A stretch of DNA of 64,000 bases. Source: an uncultured Nitrososphaerota archaeon. Lineage in GTDB: Archaea > Thermoproteota > Nitrososphaeria > Nitrososphaerales > Gagatemarchaeaceae. A program made the translations under genes and the position numbers. Under the pieces are notes generated by a model. It was not told where the DNA came from. It saw nothing but the letters and a program-made list of their open reading frames with translations, and ran no database searches. Below, piece by piece: positions 18,321 through 30,186 of the stretch (position 1 is its first letter; the number at the start of each line of letters is the position of its first letter). The stretch lies in contig CAVRAG010000008.1 in NCBI GenBank assembly GCA_963718895.1, positions 192,001 through 256,000 of the forward strand, given 5' to 3'.

Positions 18321-20222
18321 ATGGAGAAGATCGTGATGGAGAAAGTCCCAGGGAAGGGCTCGCTCTCCGGCCTCGAGGTAAGGGTGCTCGTGAAGGAGCT
18401 GGGAGGCTTGAGCGGAGGCTACGTCTCGAACATCCATTCTCTCGGCGAGACTCAGATCTTCAGGATCAAGCAGGCAGGCGGCGACGACGTCAGCCTCGTG
18501 CTGTCTCCGAAGTACGGAGCTTGGATAACCGACAGGCCCGCCCAGACCGTCACCGACGAGTTCACGACCGCCCTCCGACAGACGCTGCTAAGATTGAAGC
18601 TCGAGTCCGTCTCCCAGTACGACCTCGACAGGGTCGTCTTCTTCCGTTTCTTGGGCAACGAGGAAGAGGTCCAGCTGGTCCTCGAGCTCATGCCCCCCGG
18701 TAACATCATCCTCACGGACGCCGAGGGGAGAATCACGCTCTCACTCAGGGAGTCGAAGGGGATCCAGAGGAGCATAGTGAGAGGGAGGCTCTACTCGCCC
18801 CCGCCTCAGAGCAGGGGGTCTCCGGAGAAGGCCGACGAGACCTCCCTGACAGAATCGTTCGGGAGGGAGAAGACCGTCGGAAGGGCGCTGGGCCGAGGCC
18901 TCTCCCTGCCAAGGAAATACGTCGACGAGATTCTTGCGAGGGCCTCCCTTCGCCAAGAAGACCCGACTCCCCTCCCGCCTGAGAAGGTCCGAGAGATCAT
19001 TGAGGTGGTTAGGGACCTCCTCGCGAGCCTGGATTCGCCGAGTCCCAGCCTCGTCAAGGTCGGAGACGTCCTGGAACTAATGGCCGTTACCCCGGCGAAG
19101 GCCAAGGTGACAGAGACCGCACCGACGATGAGTCTGCTCGCCGACCGGGTATTCTCCTCACTGCTCCTAGAGGAAGAGAGCGAGCCGGAGAGAGAGGACA
19201 ACCAGCGTGCCAGGGAGTTCGAGGTGACTATCCAGCGGCTCGAGGAACAGGTCGCAGACCTCACGACTCGGGCCGCGGGCCTGAGGGAGGCGGCCCTGGC
19301 CGCCCGTGCATCGTCCTCGCCGGAGGGGATCGCGAAGGCGCTTGAGAGCCCAGCCGTCCTGGCGTCGCTGCGCGCAAGGCTGCGCCCGGAGATGTCTCCG
19401 GCAACCGTCTCCTCAGTGCTCTTCGACGAGGCCAAGGGTGCCGAGGCCGAGATCAGGCGGATCAAGGAGGTGCAAGCGACCCTCGCACCCCGGCTCCAGC
19501 GAGCCATGAGACTTACCCCGAAGGCCAAGGTGCGGCTAGTCACACGGCAGAGCAAGGAATGGTACGAAAAGTTCCGATGGTTCTTCACGACGGAGGGGAA
19601 ACTCGCGGTGGGAGGAAGGGATGCCCAGTCTAACACCATCCTCGTGAAGAAGCATCTTGTCGAGGGGGACGTGGCGTACCACGCGGACCTCTTTGGCTCG
19701 CCCTTCTTTATCCTAAAGGGCGGCGAGCATCAGACTCCCGACGAGACGCGGCAGGTCGCGCAGGCGACGGTGGCGTTCAGCAGCGCGTGGAAGACGGGCC
19801 TCGTCGCGGCAGACGCGTTCTGGGTTCTACCAGATCAGGTCAGCAGCAGCGCGCCGAGTGGGGAATTCCTCGCGCGAGGATCCTTCGCCATCAGGGGGAA
19901 GAAGAACTTCGCGACCAAGAATCCCGTCGAGGTGGCCGTCGGCCTGGACTCGAAGGGCAGGGTAATGGCCGGGCCCGAGGAGGCGCTAATCAAGCTCTCA
20001 CGGGCGCACCTGACCCTGGTCCCGAGCAGGGAGAAGACCTCAGACACCGCGAAGAAGGTGCTCTTCGAGCTGAAGAAGCTGTACGGGGACGAGACGGTAA
20101 CATCAGGGCTCGATGACGTCATGAGGGTCCTCCCCACGGGCGGAGGGAAGATAGTGAGGAGGCGCGAGAACAGGAAGGGAGAGGACGCCGCGGGGAGACA
20201 GGAAGGGGAACCTCATCCCTAG
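18321..20222 (+). CDS. rqcH: Rqc2/NEMF (NFACT) ribosome quality-control protein
   Basis: LVLELMPPGNIIL, EWYEKFRWF, VGGRDAQSN, HADLFGSP and GSFAIRGKKN motifs. Confidence 0.92.
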   Translation: MEKIVMEKVPGKGSLSGLEVRVLVKELGGLSGGYVSNIHSLGETQIFRIKQAGGDDVSLVLSPKYGAWITDRPAQTVTDEFTTALRQTLLRLKLESVSQYDLDRVVFFRFLGNEEEVQLVLELMPPGNIILTDAEGRITLSLRESKGIQRSIVRGRLYSPPPQSRGSPEKADETSLTESFGREKTVGRALGRGLSLPRKYVDEILARASLRQEDPTPLPPEKVREIIEVVRDLLASLDSPSPSLVKVGDVLELMAVTPAKAKVTETAPTMSLLADRVFSSLLLEEESEPEREDNQRAREFEVTIQRLEEQVADLTTRAAGLREAALAARASSSPEGIAKALESPAVLASLRARLRPEMSPATVSSVLFDEAKGAEAEIRRIKEVQATLAPRLQRAMRLTPKAKVRLVTRQSKEWYEKFRWFFTTEGKLAVGGRDAQSNTILVKKHLVEGDVAYHADLFGSPFFILKGGEHQTPDETRQVAQATVAFSSAWKTGLVAADAFWVLPDQVSSSAPSGEFLARGSFAIRGKKNFATKNPVEVAVGLDSKGRVMAGPEEALIKLSRAHLTLVPSREKTSDTAKKVLFELKKLYGDETVTSGLDDVMRVLPTGGGKIVRRRENRKGEDAAGRQEGEPHP

Positions 20223-20290
20223 GGTCTGCGGTGCCCGTCGCTCTCTTCGGAAGAACCTATTAACGGGCCCGGCCGGTCGGGCCTAGACCG

Positions 20291-22299
20291 ATGGCCGACC
20301 CCATCCGTGCGAGCTACCTGTTCCTGCCCTGGTACGCTCCCGTGGTCGTCTACGCGACGTTCTTCGTCTGTGGGGCGGTGATGATCTACGGCCTCTACCG
20401 GCACCTCGCAAGATACGGCTTGGGACCGAGGCAGTTCTTTGCGCTGGCATCGAAGGACGCGGGCGCCAAAATCAGGAGGTTCGTAGACTTCGGACTGGAA
20501 CAGAGAAGGGTCCTCGCAGGGGGCGAGGGGGGCGTCATGCACGGCGCGATCTTCTTCGGTTTCCTGATGCTCCTAGCTTACACCACTCTGATTTTCGTGC
20601 AGAGCGACGTGCTCCCCCTCTTCACCAACGTGCTGTTCCTCCAGGGCGGGTTCTACCTGACGCTCGAGTTCCTGGGCGACGCCCTCGGCACGGCCTTCGT
20701 GGTCGGACTCGTCATCGCCCTCTACAGGAGGTTCGTGCAGAGGCCCGACAAGCTCAGGACCGGCTGGGACGACTACCTGGTCCTAGGGACGCTCGTCTGG
20801 ATCGGGGCGTCCGGGTTCCTCCTGGAGTCGCTCAGGCTCGCGACGCACCCAAGCCAGTTCGCATCCTACTCGCCGGTGGGCGACGCCCTCTCGGTCCTGG
20901 TGTCCACCCTGTTCTCGGGCGGCCAGATGACTGTCATCTATCAGGGAGTCTGGTACGCCCACATGTTCTCGGTCTTCGGCCTCCTGGCGCTCGTCCCTTA
21001 CACGAAGCTCATCCACGTCTTCACTTCGGGCGCCAACGTGGCCGTGGCAGAGCAGAGGCCCATGGGGCGGCTCAGCACGCCCTTCAGCCTCTCGGCGATG
21101 CTCGAATCGGGCAGCGTCGAGGCACCCCCAAACGTGACCTCGAGCTCGGACTTCAAACCCCTCCAACTCCTCGCGCTCAGACGCGTGCACAAACTGCGGC
21201 AGGTGCCAGGACGTCTGCCCCGCCTACGCCGCGGGTAGAGACCTATCACCCCGCGTCGTCGTCAGGGACCTGGGGTCCGGGATGAAACAGGTTGCTGCCG
21301 ACGCGCTCTCGAGCGGGCTCATAAGGGAGCAGGAGCTCTGGTCCTGCACCACGTGCAACGCCTGCGTGAACGTCTGCCCTGTCTTCATAAACCAAGTCGA
21401 CTACATCGTCGAGTTCAGGCGGACGCTCGTCGCCGAGAACAGACTCGACCCGATGAAGCGGGCCTTCCTCGAGAACATCGCACGGTCCAACAATCCCTTC
21501 GGCCTCCCCCAGAGCGACCGACAGACCTGGCTGGCGAGATCTGGGAGTGCCCACGGTCAAGGAGAACCCGGGAGCCGAATATCTCTACTGGGTAGGCTGC
21601 CAGGGCAGCTACGATCCCCGGGCCCGGAAGATAACCGAGTCCGTAGTCCAGATACTCAAAGCTGCCGAGGTCGACTTCGCGGTCCTTGGGAACGAGGAGG
21701 TCTGCACGGGCGAGCCCGTCCGGAGGATGGGCGAAGAGGCAAGGTTCCAGGAGCTCGCGCTCCGCAACATCGAGACTCTGAACTCGGCGGGGGCGAAGAA
21801 AGTGGTTGTGCACTGCGCGCACTGCTTCAACACCTTCCTCAACGAATACCCGGAGTTTGGGGGGAACTTCCAGGTGATCCACCATTCGCAGCTGATATGG
21901 GAGCTCATCAAGGTGGGGAGGCTGAAGCCCCGAGGCGCTTCAGGGAAGGTGACCTTCCACGACCCCTGCAACCTAGGAAGGATCAACGGCATCTTCGACG
22001 AGCCGCGCGAGGTGCTCGGCTCGCAGGAGGGACTGGAGCTGGTCGAGATGAAGAGGAACAGGTCCAACAGCTTCTGCTGCGGAGGGGGCGGGGCCAACGT
22101 CTGGTACGAGGTCCCGGAGAAGAAGAAGGTGGGCGTGATAAGGGTCGAGGAGGCGATTCAAGCTGGCGCGGAGACCATTGCGGTCGGGTGTCCCTTCTGC
22201 GTCACGATGTTCGAGGACGCGGCGAAGAGCCTCGGCAACGAGAAGCTGGAGGTCAAGGACGTCGCCGAGATCGTTGCGGAGAACCTCCCCAAGGCCTAG
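20291..22299 (+). CDS. Membrane Fe-S oxidoreductase (NarI-like TM + 4Fe-4S + CCG domains; FadF/HdrD-like), two frameshifts
   Basis: TM domain with His ligands; CTNCGRCQDVCP and CTTCNACVNVCP in alternate frames; HDPCNLGR and FCCGGGG; shifts near 21180 and 21540. Confidence 0.82.
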
Positions 22300-23216
22300 G
22301 GGCCGAGGGCTGCGATGAGCGCTGGGACCACCTGGTAGAGGTCGCCGACAATCCCGTAGTCGGCCACCTGGAATATAGGGGCCTGCTTGTCCTTGTTGAT
22401 GGCCACGATGACCTTGGAGTCCTTGATTCCTGCCACGTGCTGCAGCTGCCCTGAGATTCCAACCGCGACGTAGAGTTTCGGCCTGACGTAGATGCCCGTC
22501 AGCCCGATGTGGTGTTCCTCGCTCAACCAGCCGAGGTCCGAGGAGAGGGGCCTCGAGGAGCCCAGCGCGCCTCCCAGCGCCTTCGCGAGATCCTCGGCCA
22601 GGGCGAGGTCTTCCTTCTTCTTGAAGCCTCTGCCCGCCGAGACGATGATCTCCGCAGTCCTGAGGTCGACCGACCCTCGCGACCGGGGCCTCGTCTCTAT
22701 GTACCTCACTCTCGATGAGAGCCCGGTGAGCGTCATTTCCTCGACCGTCTGCGCGCCGCCCTGGTCCGCCTGGTAACAGCCCGAAGGGACGAGCGCGATG
22801 CACGGCAGCCCGGAGACCACGGTCGCGTTGAATCGGCCGGCGTAGACCCCTCGGACGCCCTTCAGCTCGGCCCCATCGAACTTCAGATCCCTGACATCGC
22901 TCAGCACGCCCATCCCCGCCATCACGGCCAGCTTGGCCGCGATCTGCCTCCCCAGTTTGGTGGCGCCGATGAGAACGATGGACGAGTTGTTTGCCTTGGC
23001 GGCTGCGGCCAGGGCCTCGGCGATGAGCTCGTAGTCCCCGGGGAGGCGTCGGTCCGACCTCAGCAGGAGCACGTGCCCCGAGAGGCCGGCTTCGTCAAGC
23101 GCGTCGACAACGACGGTGGAGGAGGTCCCTCCAGCCGTCGCTGCGATCATGGATGCTCCCCTGGAGAGCTCCAGGGCCAGTCCGCGGTCATCCGAGTACG
23201 AGAGGACGCCGATCAT
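22296..23216 (-). CDS. etfA: Electron transfer flavoprotein alpha subunit
   Basis: [28 protein letters not shown] and [11 protein letters not shown] motifs. Confidence 0.95.
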   Translation of the reverse strand: MIGVLSYSDDRGLALELSRGASMIAATAGGTSSTVVVDALDEAGLSGHVLLLRSDRRLPGDYELIAEALAAAAKANNSSIVLIGATKLGRQIAAKLAVMAGMGVLSDVRDLKFDGAELKGVRGVYAGRFNATVVSGLPCIALVPSGCYQADQGGAQTVEEMTLTGLSSRVRYIETRPRSRGSVDLRTAEIIVSAGRGFKKKEDLALAEDLAKALGGALGSSRPLSSDLGWLSEEHHIGLTGIYVRPKLYVAVGISGQLQHVAGIKDSKVIVAINKDKQAPIFQVADYGIVGDLYQVVPALIAALGP

Positions 23217-23974
23217 ATCACTCCCTCCTTTCTTAGGGCTTCCACAAGCTTCCTGGAACTATCTTCGGCCGTCCCCTCGAAGACCACCCTCTTCCTGCTC
23301 AGGGCCTGCACGTGGACGTCCGCCACCGTGACCCTGACAGGGGGGAGACCCTCGTCCTTCAGCGAGTCGAGCGTGACTTCCTCCATCGGCTTCTTCGACG
23401 CCTGCATTATCTGCAGCAGCGTGGGATACCTTGGCTCGTTGATCTCACTCACGACGGACACGACCGCGGGGAGGCTGGCCTCGGCCACTTCTTCGTGCTC
23501 CTCGAGGGCCAGCTCGCATCGCACCGAGCCGTCGCCGACTTCGAGCCTACGGACGTAGCCCATGAACGGCATCCCTAGCCACTCGGCGGCCATGGGACCG
23601 ACGAGACCGTGATAGGTGTCTGAGGCACCCTCGGAGAAGATCGCCAGGTCGACAGGTCCGGCGCGCTTGATTGCGCGCGAGATGTAGTAGGAGGTGGATG
23701 CCGCGTCGAGTTGCTGGGATGAGTTCACCGCCAGGGCCCTGTCAGAGCCCATCGCGAGCGCCTCCTTGAGGCTCTTCTTCCAGTCGCCGCTCCCTAGGCT
23801 CACGACCGTCACGGTCCCGCCCTTCTTCTCCTTGATCCTCACGGCCTCCTCGACGGCGTTCCGGTCGAAGGTGCTCATCTTGGATAGGGCACCCTGGAGC
23901 TGGGGCTTCCCTGACGGGTCCGCCCTCAGCTCGGATTCGTCGACGGCGTGCTTCACGCAGACCACGATGTTCAT
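23213..23974 (-). CDS. etfB: Electron transfer flavoprotein beta subunit
   Basis: MNIVVCVK, AVEEAVRIKE, ALAMGSD and INEPRYP motifs; own SD GGAGGTGA. Confidence 0.93.
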   Translation of the reverse strand: MNIVVCVKHAVDESELRADPSGKPQLQGALSKMSTFDRNAVEEAVRIKEKKGGTVTVVSLGSGDWKKSLKEALAMGSDRALAVNSSQQLDAASTSYYISRAIKRAGPVDLAIFSEGASDTYHGLVGPMAAEWLGMPFMGYVRRLEVGDGSVRCELALEEHEEVAEASLPAVVSVVSEINEPRYPTLLQIMQASKKPMEEVTLDSLKDEGLPPVRVTVADVHVQALSRKRVVFEGTAEDSSRKLVEALRKEGVI

Positions 23975-25138
23975 CGCGAACCTGTCACCTCCTTTCCAGC
24001 CACCAGCATCCTGAGCGACCTCTGAGGCCCCCTCGCCTATTGCGAGCAGACGCGCGTCCCTCCAGTGGCGGTGCACTTCGCCGTTCGTGTAACCGTAGCC
24101 ACCGAATACCTGTATGACCTGGTCGCAGACGCGTGCCGCCATCTCGCTCGAGAGTATCTTGGCCTGCGCGGCCTCCGAAGCGTAGTCGAGGCCCATCTCT
24201 CTCAGCCGCGAGGCGTAGAGGCAGAGCAGGCGCCCGGCGGTAATCTCGGTCCTCATGTTCGCGATCTTCTCCCGGGTCATCTGCAGGTCGGAGAGCTTCT
24301 GTCCGAAGAGCTCCCTCTGCTTGCTGTAGGCCAACGCCTTCCCGTAGGCCGTGCGCGCGATCCCGACACATATCGACCCCATGATTATCCGGCTACCGTT
24401 CAGCATCGCCTTGGCGTACTCGAACGCCTTCCCCTCCTGACCAAGGAGGCTCTCGGCGGGGACCTCACAGTCCTGGAACCTGACTTCGCCGGTCCTGGAG
24501 CCCCTCATCCCCAGCTTCGGGATGTCGTCCCCGGTGGTCAGGCCCGGCGTTGAGCGGTCGACCAGAAAGGCGGAGTGGCCCGTCGCCGTCTTAGCGAAGA
24601 CGAGGTACACGTCAGCGTCGCCGGCGTTGGTGATGAAGGTCTTCGTTCCGTTGATCACATAATCCGAACCGGCGCGGGTCGCCTCCGTGGACATCGACCT
24701 CGCATCGGATCCTGAGGAGGGCTCCGTCAGCGAGAAGGCCGCGAGCTTCCTGCCGGATATGAGATCGGCGACCACCGAGTCCCCTTGGGAGGCGGTCCCG
24801 AAGCGAAGGACGCCCTCGGCGACCATGTTGTGGACCCCCATGCTCATGGCGGTCGGGGCGTCAGCCGATCCGACGAGCTCCATGGCTAGGGCGTAGACTC
24901 CGAAAGGAAGGGAGATTCCCCCGTGGGACTCGAAGGGAATCCTGCACAGTCCCTGGTCGAACAGCGCCTTGCGGACCCCGGCGATCCCTCCACTCTCAGC
25001 GTCGAAGCCGGGTGACTTGGGGGCGACCTCCGCCTCCAGAAAGTCCGCCAGCGACTCGAGCACGCTGCTGTAGCTGCCGTGGTCGGGCCCGTAGAAGCTC
25101 CCCAGGACGTTTTCGTGCTCTGGTTGGAAGAGGCCCAT
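23971..25138 (-). CDS. Acyl-CoA dehydrogenase (1-nt frameshift near the 3' end)
   Basis: AFSLTEPSSGSDA, KLGMRGSRT, QVFGGYGY and IGEGASEV motifs. Confidence 0.92.
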
Positions 25139-25210
25139 CTGGGAACGTGGGCCGTCCGTGGAGAGGCGGATTAAAGGATTCCAGGCGCGGGCCGGAGCGT
25201 TCCAGGGGGA

Positions 25211-25843
25211 CTATCGTATCGGAAGAAGAATGAAGATCACCACGTCCCAGACGAAGTGGCTGGTGACGCAGGAGGTCAGGTCCTTGGAGTAGTGGTAGGT
25301 CAGGCCCCAGACCGAGTCTGCGATGAACGTGGTGACGACCCAGAGTGGGTTGAGGGTCACCGTGTGCAAGAGGGCGTCGAGGAGCGCCACAAGGAAGACA
25401 GACCCGACGCCGGTGCTCGGCTCTAGGCGGGTCTGTAGCACGCCCCTGAAGAATGACTCGTAGCCTCCGGCGTCGAAGGCGAGGACCCCGACCTGGAGGA
25501 ACAGGGGGTTCGAGGGCGAGGCGATCAGGGAGTAGATCGAGTTCTCGCTCGCCGAGCTCATCCCGAACGGGTGGAGGGCGGTCAAACCGAGATTGCCGAG
25601 GTAGAAGACAAGGTAGAGCGCCGCCGCGGTCACCACACCAAAGGCTATCGTGGCTGCTCTCGGGCGGAAGAGTCCTCGGTACCGGGTCAGGAGATAGGTG
25701 ACGGCCATCATGCAGGTCATCGAGGCGAAGGTGGCAGCGATGAAGTACCCGGAGGGAACCAGGAACAGCACAGCCATCGAGGCCACGATGACGACGAGTC
25801 CGGCGACGAGAGGTACGCCGCTGCCCTTGCGAGGTCTCTCCAT
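25211..25843 (-). CDS. CPBP/Abi family intramembrane metalloprotease-like protein
   Basis: YESFFRGVLQ, LLH and SHFVWD motifs. Confidence 0.75.
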   Translation of the reverse strand: MERPRKGSGVPLVAGLVVIVASMAVLFLVPSGYFIAATFASMTCMMAVTYLLTRYRGLFRPRAATIAFGVVTAAALYLVFYLGNLGLTALHPFGMSSASENSIYSLIASPSNPLFLQVGVLAFDAGGYESFFRGVLQTRLEPSTGVGSVFLVALLDALLHTVTLNPLWVVTTFIADSVWGLTYHYSKDLTSCVTSHFVWDVVIFILLPIR

Positions 25844-25863
25844 CGAGGAATCTCCGCCGGCGC

Positions 25864-26787
25864 CTAGAGAAGGAGCCCCGCCGCGAGGAGCACGGAGAAA
25901 GCTATGGAGTGCAGGAAGACGCGCATCGTCATCCTTGCGTACTCGGGAACCGGCCTCTCGACCCGCGAGGGCAGCCCCTTCAGGAGAAGGACCGGCAGAG
26001 CGAGGAGGACGAGCAGGGTGGAGAGGGGTATCTCCCCAATCGCTATCAGCACAAGCGTGACTGCATAGGCAACGCCCGACAACCCGAGCGTCAATCGCTC
26101 GGTGCTCACCCGACCGAGGACGACGGTAAGGGAGCGCTTCCCGGCGGCCTTGTAAGAGTCGTAGAAGATCATGTCGTGGGTCAGGACTATGTTCGTCGTC
26201 AGGATCCCAGGCGGAATCGAGACGAGCAGGGGGAGCAGCCTCAGGCCACCAGTGAGGATGTAGAACGTGCCGAGAACCGGGATCATCCCGAAGCTCAGAA
26301 ATATCGCGATCTCGCCGAGGGCGAACCCCCTGTAGTCGAGCTTGAGCGGGGGCGCGGCATAGAAGTAGCCCAGGAGGATGCCGGGGATTGCTATGGCCAG
26401 CGCGATCCAGCCCACGGTCGCCGAGAGGTATAGCGCCACGGCGATGCTCAGGAGATAGAAGGTTCCCGAGATGGTGAGACCCTGGCCGACCGACATCAGT
26501 CCCCTGGGTATTGGTTTCCAGCCTGGAAACTCCTTCGGAAACATCTTCTCAGAGACCTGGTCTACCCCGTTGACGAAATCATAGACGTCGTCGATCGAAT
26601 TGGAAGCTATCAGGAGAGAGGCGCTCCCCATAAAGAGCAGGCCTAGGAGCAACGGATTGAGGGACCGGGAGACGTACCAAGCTGCGGCGGTCCCCACCAG
26701 CAGCGGGGCAAGTATCACGGGGAGGAATTGGACCCTCGCAAACCGGATGAACAATCCAAGACTCTCACCCAGAGACCGACTGGGCAT
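25864..26787 (-). CDS. menA: 1,4-dihydroxy-2-naphthoate prenyltransferase (MenA-like, UbiA family)
   Basis: NSIDDVYDFVNGVD, YAAPPLKLDYRGFALGE and AGKRSL motifs. Confidence 0.78.
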   Translation of the reverse strand: MPSRSLGESLGLFIRFARVQFLPVILAPLLVGTAAAWYVSRSLNPLLLGLLFMGSASLLIASNSIDDVYDFVNGVDQVSEKMFPKEFPGWKPIPRGLMSVGQGLTISGTFYLLSIAVALYLSATVGWIALAIAIPGILLGYFYAAPPLKLDYRGFALGEIAIFLSFGMIPVLGTFYILTGGLRLLPLLVSIPPGILTTNIVLTHDMIFYDSYKAAGKRSLTVVLGRVSTERLTLGLSGVAYAVTLVLIAIGEIPLSTLLVLLALPVLLLKGLPSRVERPVPEYARMTMRVFLHSIAFSVLLAAGLLL

Positions 26788-26789
26788 GC

Positions 26790-27797
26790 TTAGCTTGGAG
26801 CGAGGGTTTCCATCGCATAATTAACGTTTCCAATGGGCATCAGGATGGGAAGGTCGACCCCCGCCTTCTGATACTCCTCGATCCGGGAGCGGGCCTCCTT
26901 CGGCGTCCCCGCGATGGTCAGGGCGTCTATTGCCCTGTCGGGCACGAGGCTGCGGGCAGCAGGGTCGCCGCGCCTCCACGCCCCCCTGAAGAGCTCTATC
27001 TCTGGGAGGCTGACGCCGTACTCCTCGAGGGTCTCGGGTTTGATCACCTCGCCCAGCTGGTAGAGGAAGAAGTAGAAGTTCCTGACGACGTCCCTTGCCT
27101 TCTTGCCGTCCTCGTCGACCGAGGTAAGCACATAGGACGCCTTGTCGGCGGTCCTCCCCGCCTTCGTCTCACCTGCGCGGACGTGCCCCACCATGGTCGC
27201 GGTCGTCCCGGTCGTGGCTACCGAAGGGGAGAGTATCACGCCGTCGGCCTCCGCACCGGCGAACGCCTGCGTCAGCTCGGAGAGGGAGGCTATGTAGACC
27301 GGGACCTTGAAGGCGAGCTTTATGTCCGATTGCATCTTCTCGGCGGTGTAGAACTCGCCCTTGAACGCCAGCTTCTCGCCGGCCCAGAAGCTACGGGAGA
27401 CAGCGACGTACTCCCTAATCCTCTGGAGGGGCCTGGTCTCGGAGACCGGGAAGATCTTGAACCCGATGTTGGGCACGGTGGGAAAGGACCCGAGCCCCAC
27501 GCCCATGATCGCGCGGCCCTCCGAGAGCTCGCTGAGGGAAGCGAAGGCCGCTGCAGCCGCGAGCGGGTGCCTCGTGAAGGTGTTTATCGCCCCGGACCCA
27601 ACCCGGATCCGCGTCGTGGAGAGCAGCACCGACGATATGTAGGAGAGAGCGTCTCGCTGGAAGAGGCTTTCATGGAACCAGATCGACTCGTACCCTAGGG
27701 ACTCCGCTTTCCTGCCGAGCATGACGGCGTCCTTCACGGGGAGGACCGGGTTGAAACCGACGGCCAGACGATGGGTCAACATGCGTCTCTCGTTCAC
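26790..27797 (-). CDS. LLM-class (luciferase-like, F420/flavin-dependent) oxidoreductase
   Basis: AESLGYESIWFHE, RHP, LSELSEGRAIMGVGLG and IAGTP motifs. Confidence 0.87.
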   Translation of the reverse strand: MNERRMLTHRLAVGFNPVLPVKDAVMLGRKAESLGYESIWFHESLFQRDALSYISSVLLSTTRIRVGSGAINTFTRHPLAAAAAFASLSELSEGRAIMGVGLGSFPTVPNIGFKIFPVSETRPLQRIREYVAVSRSFWAGEKLAFKGEFYTAEKMQSDIKLAFKVPVYIASLSELTQAFAGAEADGVILSPSVATTGTTATMVGHVRAGETKAGRTADKASYVLTSVDEDGKKARDVVRNFYFFLYQLGEVIKPETLEEYGVSLPEIELFRGAWRRGDPAARSLVPDRAIDALTIAGTPKEARSRIEEYQKAGVDLPILMPIGNVNYAMETLAPS

Positions 27798-27871
27798 CTC
27801 TCCATTTAAGCAATCGAGGGCAACCTAGGAACCCTTATTGGCTCGATGAATCAAAACGCCCCTCCAGGGCA

Positions 27872-29003
27872 ATGCAGAATCGAGTCGGTATCATCGGAGT
27901 CGGGTCCGAGGGATTCAGGCCGGTGGTCTCGGACCTCTCGACGAGGGAGATGATGTATGAGGCTGCTGCTCGCGCCTACGCCGACGCAGCGATCGACCCC
28001 CGGAGGGACGTGGGCTCGTTCATCTGCTGCACCGAGGACTTCTGGGAGGGCTGGAGCATCGCGGACGAGATGGTCCCCGACCAGATCGGCGGCGCGGGGA
28101 GGCCTGTCTGCACCATCCCGGGCGACGCCCTGACCGGACTCGGGAACGCGGTAATGCAGATCCTCTCGGGCGTGGCCGAGGTGGTGACGCTTGAGGCTCA
28201 CTCCAAGGCGGCGGACGTCATAGACAAGGAGGCGGTAGAGAGGATGGCGCAGGAACCTTCGATGGTCCGGCCGGTCGGGGCCGGTGGAGACGCGCTCGCC
28301 GCGCTCGAGATGGACGCTTTCATGAGGGAAGGGCGCCACCCACGAGCCAAACTCGACGACCTGCTGGTCAGAATGAAGACGCAGGCCATCCGCAACCCCC
28401 GGGCGAGTTACGGCGCCGAGCTCACCAAAAGGGACCTGGAGGGCTCGGAGGTGCTCTCGTCCCCACTCAGGCGGATCGACAAGGCGCCCTACGCGGACGC
28501 CGGGGTAGTCCTGATTCTCGCTTCACAACGCTGGATACGGAAGAATAGGAGGCAGGCAGTCTACGTCGATGGGGTCGCCTGGGAGTCGTCGCTGCCCTGG
28601 TACGACGGGGGCGACGTCCGGACGGCCCGATATGCGAGCGGCTCGTACGCGAGGGCGCGTCTCCCAGGCCGGACTGGGAAAGGACCTCGGTAACTTCGAC
28701 CTGATCGAGCTCGACGACACCTACTCGTACAAGCTGCTGCAGCACCTCCGTTCCCTCGCGAAGAGCAGGGCAGAGGAGGAGAGGGTTCTCTCTGGGTCAG
28801 GGCCGGCCCTCAACCCGAGCGGGGGCTCCCTCGGGGTCGGGAATCTACTCGAGGCATCCGCAATGCACCGTCTCCTCGAGTGCGTGCTCCAGCTCCGAGG
28901 CGAGGCAGGACCCATCCAGGTTGAGGGTGCGAAGCGCGCCCTCGTCCAGTCTTGGAGAGGAGTCCCGACAGCCACCGGAGGGGTGGCGGTCCTTTCAAGG
29001 TGA
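27872..29003 (+). CDS. SCP-x/thiolase-like protein, subunit A (one frameshift near 28665)
   Basis: RVGIIGVG, EAHSK, ELDDTYSYK and NPSGGSLGVGN motifs. Confidence 0.8.
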
Positions 29004-29008
29004 TGTGC

Positions 29009-30177
29009 ATGATCAAGAGAAGGGTAGCCGTCATCGGGGCCGGCATGACACTCTTCAGAAGGAGGCTCCTGGAGACTGGAAGGGAGCTCTCCTACGAGGC
29101 TTCCGACATGGCCCTGACCTCCGCCGGGATGACAATGAAGGACGATCGACTCGGTGGTGGTCGGCAGCGCGCCCGACGCCTTCGACGGGGTGCACATGAA
29201 GGGCGAGTATCTGCTCGAGGGGTCGGGAGGGATAGGCAGGCCGAACACCAGGGTCTACGTCGGAGGAGGGACGGGCGTATTCACGCCGATCGGCGGCGTG
29301 GTGGCACGTGGCCTCGGGTCTCTTCGACACCTGCCTGGCCGTCGCCGAGGAGAAGATGTCCCCTCTCCACCCGCATCCGCAAGCCGCCTTCTGGTCCATC
29401 TTCGACCACACGACCGAGAGGCCGCTCGGAGTGACCCTCCTCTGGATCTTCGCCCTCGAGATGAGGAGGTACATGCACGCCTACAATGTGAAGGAGGAGG
29501 AGATCGCGCTGGTCGCCGTCAAGAACAAGATGAACGCGCTCGACCACCCGTGCGCGCAGCTCGGGGCGAAGATCACGGTCGAGGACGTGATGAGGAGCGA
29601 GAAGATCGTCTCGCCCGTGAAGAGATACGACGTCTCGCCGCCCTCGGACGGCGCGTGCCGCGGTGATCCTCGCCTCCGAGGACGTGGCGAGGAGGTACAC
29701 CAAGGACCCGGTCTGGGTCGACGGCGTCGGATGGAACGTCGACTCGCAGTACTGGACGAACAGGGAGCTGTGCTATCCCGACCTACGTGGAGAGTGCGGC
29801 GAGGATGGCCTACAAGATGGCCAAGATAGAGAACCCGCGGAAGAGCCTCGACTTCGCGGAGGTCTACGACCCGTTCGACTACAAGGAGCTCCACCACATG
29901 GAGGGGCTGATGCTCGCGAAGAAGGGCGAGGCCCCGAAGCTGACCAAGGAGGGGGTGACCCAGCGCGGACGGGGAGTTCCCGGTCAACCCCTCGGGCGGG
30001 CTCCTAGGGGTGGGGAACCCCATAGCGGCCGCAGGGTTGATGAAGGTCTGCGAGGTCTACTGGCAGCTCAAGGGCGAGGCCGGGAAGAGGCAGATCAAGA
30101 AGAAGGCCGAACGGGGCCTCGCCCAGGCATGGGGCGACCTCGTCCAGTGCGGGACTGTCATCACGATGAAGAGGTAG
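29009..30177 (+). CDS. SCP-x/thiolase-like protein, subunit B (several frameshifts)
   Basis: RRVAVIGAGMT, GSAPDAFDG, AEEKMS, SPPSDGA, AEVYDPF, NPSGGLLGVGNP and QAWGD spread across frames. Confidence 0.8.
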
Positions 30178-30186
30178 AGGGAGCCT

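Noticed and set aside
23213-25138. Apparent acyl-CoA dehydrogenase-EtfB fusion (641 aa)
   Set aside because: Removing one base near 24016 restores the canonical ending EVLRMLVAGKEVTGSR-stop. That stop overlaps the etfB ATG, which has its own GGAGGTGA, so the fusion is a frameshift artefact.
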